IMG/VR virus record: IMGVR_UViG_3300028844_007948
Coordinates: 64,001 to 128,000 of that record
Reading direction: 5' to 3' (one strand)
DNA length: 64,000 bases
DNA from: a virus
Below, one piece after another: positions 1 through 11,002 of the stretch; the first letter of the stretch is position 1; every line of letters begins with the position of its first letter. The notes beneath the pieces were generated by a model. The model made no database searches, was not told the origin of the DNA, and worked only from the letters and a program-made list of their open reading frames with translations. Both the position numbers and the translations under genes were made by a program.

Positions 1-1
1 T

Positions 2-3000
2 CAAGAATTTGACGGAAGAGTTAGTGCATATACTGATTGCATACAAAACCCAATAAAAACACCAAAAGATACTACACCACCAAAAAACCCAACAAATTTT
101 GTAATAGTATCTGGCCCAAAACAAAATATTATAAACTGGAAATGGGAAGGTGGGGTTTCAAAAGATTTAGCATCTTTATTAGTTTATAAAACAGGAATAC
201 CAACAGGAAGAATAAGCAAAAAATCTTCAGAGGATAATTGCTGGGCTTCTGCTCATATAAGCGGGTATTTTCAAAAAAATATAGACGAATATGCTTTTCA
301 GTTAGCTCCATCCACATCGTTTATTGATAACGATGTAGTCACTGGATTAAATTATAATTGGGGCTTGCCTGGAAATGTTAATGGAAAATACGAAAGGCCT
401 TTAAATAATGTTTATTATCATTATTTTATTAAAACTATAGATAGGTCGGGCAATACTGGCATTGGATTTGTATCTGGAGTTTCTCAGGACACCCATACCT
501 CATATCCAATCAACCCATCTAAAACAGTTCACTCATCTTTTGCTAATGATAGTTATGCACAAACACCGCACAATCAAGGTTATGTAACTGGGGGGGCAAT
601 CAGTGCAAGCTACATTTCAAATGTATATGCTGGAGATATAATATCATCTAAAATCACATCTACTGATTTTATTTTAGCTCACCCAAGCGGCAGGATATTA
701 AGCGATTCGGTTCATACTCTTGGACCCTCATACGGACCTAATCCTGGGCCAAATGTGCATGAGTATGACTACTTGGCTGGACCTGGATTATATATGGATC
801 ATAAAATGTTCAGAATCGGTGACCCTGATGGATTTGGAATGTTTTGGACTGGAGAAAAACTTGTAGACGGATCATTTAAGCAGCCGACCTTTAGGCATGA
901 TCCTGATGGATGGCATGCTATAGATATAGACCCTAATACTCTTGAAATCAGGGGCAATCTAACTGCTGGAACTATACAGATAGGAGCTAATCAACAAGCA
1001 GCATTAGATGTAGACCAATATGGAAATTTAAGCATAGGAGATCAAAGAAAAAACATTAGAGGTTTCTTTACTGGAGCATTAGGTTACAGTGGTATCTTAC
1101 ATGACGAATTGGGTCAACAAGAGCCCGCTTCAATACTCCCAGCGAACATCAATGATGCTGGTAAAGCATATGTTCAACTAAATCTAGATGACTATGAAAA
1201 CTATGAACTATCTGACCTTGCTGGAGGAGGGATGTTCATAGAAATGCACTGGACTAGAGATGGAGGAAAATACCACGGAATAGAAACCAGACAAGTATTA
1301 GATATCAACTTAAGGCAAGACAGGGATTACGAACAAGGATTCGGCAAGGTCAGATTAGGGGGGGCAGCAGGCTCGTTTGACGGAGTTAGTCTTACAACCA
1401 GATATGGAAATACATATGGATTAAAAGGGGTAACAACAACAGGAGCATTAATATATTGGGATAAACCCGAACATAAAAACCATGCCTTATATCAACAGCC
1501 AAAAGATAGAGATTGGTTTCAAATACATAATGCAAAATTCAAAGTTCTTAATGATGGATCTGTTTTTGCAGATAGTGCTCAAATAGGTGGAGTTGTTACG
1601 GCTGACTCTTTTCAGGCTGGCAATAATATAACACTGGGAGACGAAGAAAACAAGTACAATACATTAATATCTAGTTATGGATTTATAGATGATTTGCCCT
1701 GTAAAGACACAGCTCAAGATGGAAGAGGATGGGGGATAAGGGGAGATGGTCATGCAGTATTTAAAAGTATAGATATTAGGTCGGGAATAATTAGTGGTGT
1801 TTCTTTTGCAGCTGGAGATTGTGATAGTAGAGATCATTTTAGGGTAAATACAAGAGGGGATATATCTGTAGGGCCAAGCAATTACTATGCAAAAAATAAT
1901 TTTTATGTTACAAGGCACGGAGAACTTCATGCTACTGATGCATTCTTTTCTGGAGATGTTACTATAACTGGAACATTAGATGTAGGAGAAGGCCTCCAGA
2001 TAGCAACAGACATAAGAGGACATAAAGACGGAGACCCAGCCACATTTCATGCCGAAGGTACTAAAGGTATTTTAATAACGAAAGATGATATTAGGTCAAC
2101 TAATTATAATGATGCCAACTTTACACTACCTTCTATGGTTGGACATGGTAGACCGCAAAATAGAGGATGGAAAATTACCAATGATGGGAATGCTGTATTT
2201 TTTGGAGCATATGTAACTGGAGGTTTTTTAAGCGGAAATAGCATAATAGCTGGAGAAGGAACCTCTGAAAACCCTTATTTTAAAATAAGTTCAGATGGTG
2301 AAATGCAGGTCGGGGGTTTTGGCCCAGGTGTCACAGCCACTTCGGCACCAAAATCTGGCCAAGGACTTTTTATAAATAGAAAAGGTGCCCTTTATGCTCA
2401 AGATGCATACATAAGAGGTAATATAACAGGAGATGCGGGAAAGATAGGGTCTTTATATCTAGCAAGGAATTACTTAGCTACATACGATCATAGCACAGAA
2501 GGCAGAAATACTAGAAGCTCTCACAAATGGCAGGAAGGAAAAACAGGTCTATATCTAGGTAAGAATGGAGATTTTTCTATATCAAATAAAGAAGGTTTAA
2601 TTTTTGCATATGATCCAGATCATAATTCTAGTTATGTTACAATTACTGGTATTGCGTCAAGTAGTAATAGACAAAGTGAAATGGCTGATCTGACAAATCA
2701 AAATAGTCAAATACCATGGAAAGGCGACGGAAAAGGTAGGGGGTTTGTTTTTGCTGGTGATGGAGATAGTTGGCTAGCTAATTTTTCAACAGACCCTTAT
2801 AGTGCATCTGGAATAGCTGGGTTAGTAGAAACTCAAATAAATGGAGATATACAAAGCCCAGAACAAAATAAAAAATACACAGTAATGGCAAAGTCTCCAA
2901 TAGGGTATGATGTTTTAGGAATATACATGGAAACAGATGCGGGCACAGCAACAGTACAATGGAGTAAAAATGCAACAAATGTAGGTCAAAGATCTGTATT

Positions 3001-3256
3001 AGGATTGGAGCGAAATGGAGCGGGTTATGTAAATATGTCTGTAGATACAAATGGATCATATCATGATTTTATAGGAAAAAGATACAAGCATGGAACCGAT
3101 AGTTATGTAGCTGTGGTAGGATCTGCCGCTAATGTAATTAATCCAGATAATGCGGATTGTTATATAGTATGTACTCCAACCGCTGTAGCTGGAGCAACCT
3201 CATTAAGGTTTAGGATAGACTTAAAAAGGAATGGAAATTTAGACGGGAAAAACTAA
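2..3256 (+). CDS. Tail tip / host-specificity (gpJ-like) structural protein, 5'-truncated by the window edge
   Basis: Frame is open from nt 2, upstream of the TTG at 365. It reads DTTPPKNPTNF...WKW...YYHYFIKTIDRSGN (FN3-like), then Gly-rich beta repeats (FKVLNDGSVFA, FYVTRHGELHA) typical of tail-tip C-termini. Confidence 0.65.
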   Translation, partial: QEFDGRVSAYTDCIQNPIKTPKDTTPPKNPTNFVIVSGPKQNIINWKWEGGVSKDLASLLVYKTGIPTGRISKKSSEDNCWASAHISGYFQKNIDEYAFQLAPSTSFIDNDVVTGLNYNWGLPGNVNGKYERPLNNVYYHYFIKTIDRSGNTGIGFVSGVSQDTHTSYPINPSKTVHSSFANDSYAQTPHNQGYVTGGAISASYISNVYAGDIISSKITSTDFILAHPSGRILSDSVHTLGPSYGPNPGPNVHEYDYLAGPGLYMDHKMFRIGDPDGFGMFWTGEKLVDGSFKQPTFRHDPDGWHAIDIDPNTLEIRGNLTAGTIQIGANQQAALDVDQYGNLSIGDQRKNIRGFFTGALGYSGILHDELGQQEPASILPANINDAGKAYVQLNLDDYENYELSDLAGGGMFIEMHWTRDGGKYHGIETRQVLDINLRQDRDYEQGFGKVRLGGAAGSFDGVSLTTRYGNTYGLKGVTTTGALIYWDKPEHKNHALYQQPKDRDWFQIHNAKFKVLNDGSVFADSAQIGGVVTADSFQAGNNITLGDEENKYNTLISSYGFIDDLPCKDTAQDGRGWGIRGDGHAVFKSIDIRSGIISGVSFAAGDCDSRDHFRVNTRGDISVGPSNYYAKNNFYVTRHGELHATDAFFSGDVTITGTLDVGEGLQIATDIRGHKDGDPATFHAEGTKGILITKDDIRSTNYNDANFTLPSMVGHGRPQNRGWKITNDGNAVFFGAYVTGGFLSGNSIIAGEGTSENPYFKISSDGEMQVGGFGPGVTATSAPKSGQGLFINRKGALYAQDAYIRGNITGDAGKIGSLYLARNYLATYDHSTEGRNTRSSHKWQEGKTGLYLGKNGDFSISNKEGLIFAYDPDHNSSYVTITGIASSSNRQSEMADLTNQNSQIPWKGDGKGRGFVFAGDGDSWLANFSTDPYSASGIAGLVETQINGDIQSPEQNKKYTVMAKSPIGYDVLGIYMETDAGTATVQWSKNATNVGQRSVLGLERNGAGYVNMSVDTNGSYHDFIGKRYKHGTDSYVAVVGSAANVINPDNADCYIVCTPTAVAGATSLRFRIDLKRNGNLDGKN

Positions 3257-3264
3257 TATAATAT

Positions 3265-3429
3265 ATGAATATTAGAGAGTTAGATGCCTTAAACATAAAA
3301 GCCATGCTTTGTGACATTTTATTAGAAAAAGAACAATTAGAAAAAAATATAAATATATTAAAGGGAGAGCTGGAAAGAAGGGAAAATGACAGACAGGTAA
3401 AAGTACAAAATGGTGAAGGGGGAAAGTGA
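3265..3429 (+). CDS. Small coiled-coil protein, 54 aa (not in the ORF track)
   Basis: ATG 3265 to TGA 3429: MNIRELDALNIKAMLCDILLEKEQLEKNINILKGELERREND...; fills the gap between two large genes. Confidence 0.65.
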   Translation: MNIRELDALNIKAMLCDILLEKEQLEKNINILKGELERRENDRQVKVQNGEGGK

Positions 3430-3435
3430 TAAATT

Positions 3436-6400
3436 GTGCCATTCGATCAAATTTATTGGAATCATTACGGGGGTGGAAACTTTGCTGATAAAGGTTTCTT
3501 TGATGTTAGCGAATCGCAAGATGTAAGATTCGGAGTAACTGCAACAAGCGACAGTCATTCAACTTTTTCTTTTTACGGCAAAAGGCGAGATAAGGTTGGG
3601 TCTTTTTGGGATCTTCTATACAGAGATCCAAATTTCCCATTCAACGCTCATTCATTTGGAAATGCAAATGGAAACAATGGAATAGGAGATGGTGGGTTTT
3701 GGGATGAACCAGACGATCCCCCTCAGCCCACAGCCAACAATGGTAATACAAAAAATGCATGTGAAGAAAGTAAAGGATGGACAGACAGTGGGTTTAATGG
3801 AGTATGCAAACCAGCAAGAGAATGGCATGTAGGTATAACCGAATCGATGGTTTACAGTTGGCCTGGAATAGAAGATAGATGTTATACTAATTTTAACGTC
3901 AATGATATAAAAAAAACAGGAAACTCAGGAAATAATATCGAGGGCGTTTATGAAAATCCGACTGAAGATAATTTATTCCAATCCCAAAATAGAGAAAGCT
4001 GCCATAATATATCAAACACATCAAGAGTAAAAGATGCCCAAAACACTTTTATAGGAATACATAAAGACTATCCTCTGACAGTAACAGCGACTCAATCCAT
4101 GAGGGGGTACTATTTAATATTAAAAAGAAAGAGGTTTACTTACAATGAATATAAAAGTAAACACACCAAGCAATATGGAGGTAATAGTTCTAGCCCGCAC
4201 TGGCAAAAAGGGGGCAATATAAAATTAAGTAATACCGATTCCAGACAAGGTAATTTTTTAAGATTAAATGTCGCAGTAGATACAGACAGAGAAAATCCAT
4301 GGATAGATAAACCATATGATTCGACAGAAGAAATGGCTACCGACAACATAACTGGAATATTATGTTCTCCATTAGGAGCTCCTTTATCAACAACTAGAGA
4401 TTATGAAGAAATTTATAATTGGGGAGGTGGTTATAATTGGAGAGCAGCAGGCGAATCTGGATTATCTGGAAGAACTGTAGAAGATGATTTATTGGGTGTT
4501 TTTCGGGATTATGTTCCTTGGGCTGGGATTTTTCCAATTCCTTTAGACGATCAAGATAAAGAAATAAACGGCTGGATCTATGATTGGACTGTATACATTG
4601 TAAACATTGCATTATGGAAAACATATAAACCAAATGCAGCTTCAGAAACCGCTGCAGCGAAAACCTTATATGATAGCGCGCAAGCAACTACAAATGCACA
4701 GTGGATATCCTATCAGGCTTTACAAGACGATGCCGAAGCAAAAGAAGCAGAATATGATAGGCTTAAAGCTATTGCAGACGATGCTTTCCAAGACGCTGAA
4801 GATGCCCAGACCGCCTTAAATACTGCAAATACTGCAGAATCTAATGCATGGGATGCTTATATCGGCAGATTCAATAGTTATACTCCAGTAACTAATTCCA
4901 CATTCGAACTTAGTGAGTATTTCGAATGGGACTCATCGATTCTTGGAACAACTTTATACAACGAAAAGGTGGCTGAAGATGTCTATGCAGAATGGTATGA
5001 TTGGTGTGCAGAATATGCAGGCTATACGGATGATACTGGTTATACCTGGACGGCTAATGATTCTATTGGTTATAAATGCGCTAATGGTACAGACAATGGA
5101 AATGATTTATGGGGTGCTTATAATGACATGGTTTGGTGGCAAAATCTTGCGGATAGTGAATTAGTAGCGGTAAATGCACTAGGTGCTGCGCACACTGCAT
5201 CCGAAGCCGTTGTAGCCGATGCAGTAGCGGCTCAAGTAGCTGCTGCCGCAGCCAGCGATGCTGCGAATGAAGATTCAAATGCGGCTGCAGATGCTTCAGA
5301 TGCAGCACAGCTACTTCCTGCTCCAGCATACACAGAGTGGCAGAGGTTGGACGGAATTTCTGCTGACCTGTATGAAGATTATATAATAGCTGAAACCTAT
5401 GAATCAAGAGTTGACGAACAAATTGCAGCATGGGAAACAGAAGAGGCTAAATATCCAAATAATGCTAATTCTTCCATGAGGGATAGAATAAAAAATCCAA
5501 CATTTTACACGTCAACAAGATTAAATTGGAGATTACCTCAATTTACAAACGATACAGGGGAAATAGATACGGAATTAGATGTTATAGCTCCAACTGGAGA
5601 AGATCATGATGGATCTGTCAAGGTGATGGATGCAGTAATACATCCAACTTTTGTGCCAAGAGAAAGGGCCGAAACGGGCTCTGTATACATAAAAAGCATA
5701 ACAATTAAAAAGAATAATCAGGTGTTAAGGCCAGCTCAGGATAGTATTGGAACTTATATACAAGTTCCAAGTCAAGAAATATACACAGACAGAAGTTCTA
5801 CTATAAAAGCATCAGGAAGTAAAGATCAAAAATGGGTAACTTTTACAAATTTATACAATAATAAAACGGATATAATTCACAGATATATATCTGATACTTT
5901 TTATATAAAATTTCCATCTGGAGATTGGTATGAAATAGCATCCGTAGAAAACGCTGGTAATAAAATTCAATTAACAGAAAATTTAAAAGAAACTTTATCT
6001 TCTTCAAATTTTATACTTTATATACCTAGAGGATCTCCTAATGTTAACTATACATGGGGACATTATGACTTGACGGAATTCGATAAAGATACGTATGAAG
6101 AATTAGTAGATAAGTCAAAAAAGCACATGTGGCATAAAGATGATAATCTAGAAGAAATACCTGAAGAACTGATAGACCCGCAGGGTAATTACGGTTTTAC
6201 AGATGATGAAAAAGCTGCTTTGATGCATGTTATAAATGATAGTACAGCAATATTAGTTAGAGATTTATTTACAAACACATCGGTAGACCCAGATAGAGAT
6301 ACCCTTGATACATTATATGCAAGCCCAACAATGGGCCTGGAAACAGGACATACTGGTAAAGCAACCAGACATCCATATTTTTCTAACGAACTATCGGAAA

Positions 6401-7425
6401 GTTTACATATTAGGAATGATTTCTTTACTTGGGCTTATTATGAATATCTGTATTTTGGTGCTCCAGCAGGGCAAAGTGGACACATATCTGCAAAAGTGAA
6501 AGGAAATGTATCTTGGGATAAATATAGTTGGGTTCAATATTGGGAATGGAAAGGAACTAACTGGCAACTCGAAACAGAAGCGTTAGGCAAATATGCGACA
6601 AGTGGATTTTCAAATTTAAACCAATCAGAATTTGATGGTTTTACGCATAGATATACAGACTTATACGGAGTTGATATACCAAGTAAAGCTAAGCAGTTTT
6701 GGTATGGCGGTATTGATAAATCTTCTTCAGCTTTATGGCCGTCTTATGAAAATAATATAGCAGCATTATGCGCTGAAAATGAACATAACCCGTTTCACCA
6801 ATCCTTTACTACACACTATGGAAGTTGGGTAGATGAATTTGCAGAAGGTTACACAAACTGGAATCATTCTATTAGGGGTATAGATTTAGGAGCAGATTCA
6901 AATAATACGCCATCAACACAAAGAGTTCTAGATAGACCTTGGTTTAGTTATTGTGCATTTAATAGAGTTCCAGGCTTGCAAATAAATTATAGAAGCAGCT
7001 TGAATTACTCAAATCAAAGAATGCTAATGGCTTTCGCAATGACTCATAGAAATTTAAACGAGATGGATAATGCAGATAGAGCCAAACCAATTCATGCACT
7101 TATGGATGCTAAATATGAAAAAATATTAAAAAGGCCATCTGTTTTAGCTCAATATGGTTATGTTGGAGATTTATTTGGATACTCTAATGAAGACGTAGGA
7201 TTTGCTAATAATGATTGGATAGATCATAATATGACAATATACGAAAGTAACGAATCAATATCTGCTGGAACTACATTTGAAGTATCTTTACATCAAGCAG
7301 GGACAGAATTTAATGATGACCCAAGAACTGAATTTGAAAAAAGAGCAGTAGATGATAATCAGGTCGGAGATGGAAGATCAAAGATAGCTTTAGATAACTA
7401 TACTTTGTATGTTGTTGCAAAATAA
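3436..7425 (+). CDS. Large putative virion protein with Ala-rich coiled-coil stalk
   Basis: 1329-aa ORF rich in W/Y/N/D/G, Ala-rich helices encoded at about 4627-5460, tail-gene context. Confidence 0.55.
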   Translation: MPFDQIYWNHYGGGNFADKGFFDVSESQDVRFGVTATSDSHSTFSFYGKRRDKVGSFWDLLYRDPNFPFNAHSFGNANGNNGIGDGGFWDEPDDPPQPTANNGNTKNACEESKGWTDSGFNGVCKPAREWHVGITESMVYSWPGIEDRCYTNFNVNDIKKTGNSGNNIEGVYENPTEDNLFQSQNRESCHNISNTSRVKDAQNTFIGIHKDYPLTVTATQSMRGYYLILKRKRFTYNEYKSKHTKQYGGNSSSPHWQKGGNIKLSNTDSRQGNFLRLNVAVDTDRENPWIDKPYDSTEEMATDNITGILCSPLGAPLSTTRDYEEIYNWGGGYNWRAAGESGLSGRTVEDDLLGVFRDYVPWAGIFPIPLDDQDKEINGWIYDWTVYIVNIALWKTYKPNAASETAAAKTLYDSAQATTNAQWISYQALQDDAEAKEAEYDRLKAIADDAFQDAEDAQTALNTANTAESNAWDAYIGRFNSYTPVTNSTFELSEYFEWDSSILGTTLYNEKVAEDVYAEWYDWCAEYAGYTDDTGYTWTANDSIGYKCANGTDNGNDLWGAYNDMVWWQNLADSELVAVNALGAAHTASEAVVADAVAAQVAAAAASDAANEDSNAAADASDAAQLLPAPAYTEWQRLDGISADLYEDYIIAETYESRVDEQIAAWETEEAKYPNNANSSMRDRIKNPTFYTSTRLNWRLPQFTNDTGEIDTELDVIAPTGEDHDGSVKVMDAVIHPTFVPRERAETGSVYIKSITIKKNNQVLRPAQDSIGTYIQVPSQEIYTDRSSTIKASGSKDQKWVTFTNLYNNKTDIIHRYISDTFYIKFPSGDWYEIASVENAGNKIQLTENLKETLSSSNFILYIPRGSPNVNYTWGHYDLTEFDKDTYEELVDKSKKHMWHKDDNLEEIPEELIDPQGNYGFTDDEKAALMHVINDSTAILVRDLFTNTSVDPDRDTLDTLYASPTMGLETGHTGKATRHPYFSNELSESLHIRNDFFTWAYYEYLYFGAPAGQSGHISAKVKGNVSWDKYSWVQYWEWKGTNWQLETEALGKYATSGFSNLNQSEFDGFTHRYTDLYGVDIPSKAKQFWYGGIDKSSSALWPSYENNIAALCAENEHNPFHQSFTTHYGSWVDEFAEGYTNWNHSIRGIDLGADSNNTPSTQRVLDRPWFSYCAFNRVPGLQINYRSSLNYSNQRMLMAFAMTHRNLNEMDNADRAKPIHALMDAKYEKILKRPSVLAQYGYVGDLFGYSNEDVGFANNDWIDHNMTIYESNESISAGTTFEVSLHQAGTEFNDDPRTEFEKRAVDDNQVGDGRSKIALDNYTLYVVAK

Positions 7426-7431
7426 AATTTA

Positions 7432-8610
7432 TTAACAACAATCGTTGTTTCCACAAAAGGATTGGGATGTAGGGGTTTGAGAATTATTAGCTAATTGAGT
7501 TTGCCCTTCATATGTTGGACCTTGACTTCCATCATTAGAACATGTATTACCACAATTACCTCCTGTATTTGAAGCAGTGTGACCACTTCTACCTGGGAAA
7601 TAAAACCTCTGAGTTTTTGTAGGTAAATACGGGTTGGGCAACGGAATTAAAAAAGAGTTATATCCTGGATGTTGGGCTAACCTATTTTTCATAGCCTTGG
7701 ATAACAGGCCTTTATTTGGTTTCAGTTCTGAATTTTTATAGAAAAAGTTGGCTGGATTTTGATATAAAAGAGATGATATTGATTTCATATCTAAAGATCT
7801 TCCATGAGCATAAAAAACATTCTCTTCTTTAACAAAAGACCAAACTTCAGTTTGAACTTTTTTCTTTTGCCCGTTTATTGTTTTTGTTTGCTTTCTATTG
7901 GCTGAAGTATCTACATTGGATAACGATTCTACATTTTCAGCATATTCCGACAAGTACTCGCTAATATTCTGTCTGTTAGATTGGACGGTATCACCTAATC
8001 TAGCCCCAATTCTTTTCCCCTCATTAGCGCTTATTAATTGCCCTTCAATTGGATTGTCATATATAATCTCGCTTGCAAGCTTTCCATTTTTAGGATAATA
8101 GATTCTGAAAGATGTGTTTATGGGATCTCCTCTGTAAAAAGAATGAGTGCAAGTATTAAAAACATAAATATCTTTATCGCTCATCATTTCGCAAAGAATT
8201 TCCACGAAAACCACTTCTCCATTTTGAATTTTTTTTACATCTAATATTGGAAAATTTGCATCTGTATATAAGTCTCCATCCTCACCTTTCCAGCTTGCTT
8301 CAGCATTACTGGAATACTTTACTGAATTTTTGAAATTACTATGAACTGAAATTATTGTCCAAGATACTGAAACTGGTTTAAAATTTAATGCATTGAACCT
8401 TGGTATAGAACAGGCAAAATTAGCTGTAGTTCCATTTTCATTAGTTACTGTTTTTGTTACTGTCGAATCTAGATTTAAATAGGGAGTATATATATCAGTA
8501 TATATATCTATTTTTTTTAATTCCTCATTCTGTATATTAACATATTCTTCTCTTGAAAGAGCTGCTGCAGCTTTCTTAACTTCGTCTATATCTACAAATT
8601 CATCACTCAT
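7432..8610 (-). CDS. Hypothetical protein with Cys/Gly/Asn-rich C-terminal tail
   Basis: ATG at 8610 (MSDEFVD) directly after the upstream stop; ends ...GGNCGNTCSN...SFCGNNDCC. Confidence 0.6.
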   Translation of the reverse strand: MSDEFVDIDEVKKAAAALSREEYVNIQNEELKKIDIYTDIYTPYLNLDSTVTKTVTNENGTTANFACSIPRFNALNFKPVSVSWTIISVHSNFKNSVKYSSNAEASWKGEDGDLYTDANFPILDVKKIQNGEVVFVEILCEMMSDKDIYVFNTCTHSFYRGDPINTSFRIYYPKNGKLASEIIYDNPIEGQLISANEGKRIGARLGDTVQSNRQNISEYLSEYAENVESLSNVDTSANRKQTKTINGQKKKVQTEVWSFVKEENVFYAHGRSLDMKSISSLLYQNPANFFYKNSELKPNKGLLSKAMKNRLAQHPGYNSFLIPLPNPYLPTKTQRFYFPGRSGHTASNTGGNCGNTCSNDGSQGPTYEGQTQLANNSQTPTSQSFCGNNDCC

Positions 8611-8611
8611 T

Positions 8612-11002
8612 TTAAACAGTATCAAAAGGGTCTTGGTCTAATGGCACATATGATGGGTAATCGGTCCAGTCTATTTTTTTTGATTTTTCTGCGACTTGAT
8701 TAATAACCGAATCGCTGCTTGCTTCAGATGGATCAAGCTGTTCATGTTTTTTGTGTGCAAAAATTTGCGAGGGATGAACATTCCAGGCATCTGATTTTTT
8801 TTCAGGGCCAGCGCTCTCCATGTGATTATAAATATCTCCAAAATGATTTTCTACAACTTGAACATATCTTTGATTATGCGCATAGAAATATGCCCAATTA
8901 GGACTATGAGAACCTCCATCTTTATAATAAAAAGGTTCATCTGTATAATCTAATTCAACTATCCATCCTCTTACTTTAGTAAGATATTCAGCTAATTGAA
9001 CAGTAGCTGCATTGATATCATACATGGGGGCATTAGTAATTCCATGTATGGGAAGAAATTCTGAAAGAGCATTATGCTGCTTGTCTCCATCAAAATTTTC
9101 CAAAGCTTCTTCGTATTTACCATTACTGGTAATTATAAGCTCGTCTTCTCCTTCGCCTTCTTCGAATGTAAAAATCTTATTTAAAGTACTCTGTCTATAT
9201 GTTTTCATCAGATAGGGGTCGTATCTTCCAGTTATGTTTGGAAGCCCTGGGTATTTATGCACTCCTGTATAAAATACTGCCCTAGAAATCCAATCTTGAT
9301 TTTCATTCCTTTGGTTTTTTCCGTTAAAATAACCATTGTGTTGACCATTTGAATAACATGTATAAAGGGCAGCATATATACCAGTATTATTAAATCTGTT
9401 ACCGTAAAGGTTTACATTGTTAAGTTGATTATTTGTAATAAATTGAGCGAAACATCCTTTAGGAAAAAGTTCATCTTTATCTCTATCGAGTTCAGTTAAG
9501 TTGTAATATGGACACCTACTGTGAGCTGGGGGATTTTTGTAACGTCTTCTCCAGGGCTGATTTCTAACTCCATTTTTTAAAAACGATAAATCTGAAATTG
9601 GGCCCATTTGATTTAAGAAATCAAGATTACATCCAGAAACACTAAACTCAGTAAGAAAAGGCATGCATCTTGGATCGAAGTACATATACTCAAGATTTGG
9701 GCAATCCATAAATTTAAATCTTCGAACACCTTCAACAGAATCTTTAAGGCCAGGATGGATTCTTACAGATTTTAACTGATTTGTATCTGATACACTAACA
9801 ATATTAAATCTATCATATTTGTGTCCCCAAAATGAAAAAGGAGCCCCGTATTGAAAATTATACAAAGCATTGTAATCTTTAACTCCTTGTTCTATAAGAG
9901 AATATTTATTTATTCCATATGGTTGAATCCATCTGGATTTAGCTCTTGTTATTTTAAAAACAGGTTTAGCGTTGAGAACTCGTAGTTCTTGTTCTGTATT
10001 GTTTATATTTAAGGGTTTATCAAATTCAACATCCATGCTCATGTTTACATGGTTTTTGTAGGCTTTTGTTGGAATCACCATTTGATTTGCAGGTTCCCAA
10101 TAGTAACCAGTAAGAAGGTATCCGTAATCTTCTGGATCATCTTGTTTGATATATTGTCCTATTACATGATTTCTTTTTGGATCCACGGTATCTCCTATCG
10201 CTAAATCGTAAATTTTATATTGAATTCCAATTTCTGCAGTAACATCATACCTCTCTTCTCTTCCCCAAACTGCGGTACCTATAGATTCAATTCCAGTTTT
10301 TACATAATTTAGATGATAAAGAGCATAGTCATCATCAGAACCATCGTATCCTGCTAAAGTTCCGCTTATAAAGCTTGGGTCTGTCTGGTATTCTGGTCTA
10401 ATATAAATATTACTTTCCCTATCTCCCTTCGATTTTGCCTGAAGTTGAAAAGGGCCCCATCGAGGCTCTGATATATCACCTAACTTGGAAACCAGATATC
10501 CGCTCGAACCACTTACTAAATCTTCATCTATTATGGTTTGAATCTCTTCTGATGTATAACAATACTTAACTGGTCTGCTAACTTTTTCATTGCCATTAGC
10601 CTCTAAATATGAAATTCTATAAAAATTACCCCAATATTGGTTGTGGTACTGTTTAGATTCCTCGATCATACCTCCCCATATATCACCTTTCAATAAGTTA
10701 TGGTATCTTACAACATCCTGATGAACAAAAGGTTTTTCATCTTCATTCGGTTGAGTGTTTTGGAAAGATTTATTGTTTTGATGTTCTATGCCAAGGGGGT
10801 CCTTGAGATGATCGTAATCATTTATTGATATATTAAACTTTTTAGCAATCTTTTTTAGGTAATAAGTAGGCCTATCAATTAGATCCCTGACCGTCAGTTT
10901 ATCTTCTATACTATTCCAGCTGGGCAGCTGATTAGCTATCACTCCACCCCTAGGAGAAATTCTGCCTGCACCAGCCTTTATGTTACGAACTTTTTTAGCC
11001 AT
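8612..11002 (-). CDS. Hypothetical protein with leucine-rich-repeat-like segment
   Basis: LxxLxL-like units (NQLKSVRI, PNLEYMYF, FLTEFSVSGCNL, NQLNNVNLYGNRF) and a cap-like LTKVRGWIV; GTGTA motif upstream. Confidence 0.5.
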   Translation of the reverse strand: MAKKVRNIKAGAGRISPRGGVIANQLPSWNSIEDKLTVRDLIDRPTYYLKKIAKKFNISINDYDHLKDPLGIEHQNNKSFQNTQPNEDEKPFVHQDVVRYHNLLKGDIWGGMIEESKQYHNQYWGNFYRISYLEANGNEKVSRPVKYCYTSEEIQTIIDEDLVSGSSGYLVSKLGDISEPRWGPFQLQAKSKGDRESNIYIRPEYQTDPSFISGTLAGYDGSDDDYALYHLNYVKTGIESIGTAVWGREERYDVTAEIGIQYKIYDLAIGDTVDPKRNHVIGQYIKQDDPEDYGYLLTGYYWEPANQMVIPTKAYKNHVNMSMDVEFDKPLNINNTEQELRVLNAKPVFKITRAKSRWIQPYGINKYSLIEQGVKDYNALYNFQYGAPFSFWGHKYDRFNIVSVSDTNQLKSVRIHPGLKDSVEGVRRFKFMDCPNLEYMYFDPRCMPFLTEFSVSGCNLDFLNQMGPISDLSFLKNGVRNQPWRRRYKNPPAHSRCPYYNLTELDRDKDELFPKGCFAQFITNNQLNNVNLYGNRFNNTGIYAALYTCYSNGQHNGYFNGKNQRNENQDWISRAVFYTGVHKYPGLPNITGRYDPYLMKTYRQSTLNKIFTFEEGEGEDELIITSNGKYEEALENFDGDKQHNALSEFLPIHGITNAPMYDINAATVQLAEYLTKVRGWIVELDYTDEPFYYKDGGSHSPNWAYFYAHNQRYVQVVENHFGDIYNHMESAGPEKKSDAWNVHPSQIFAHKKHEQLDPSEASSDSVINQVAEKSKKIDWTDYPSYVPLDQDPFDTV

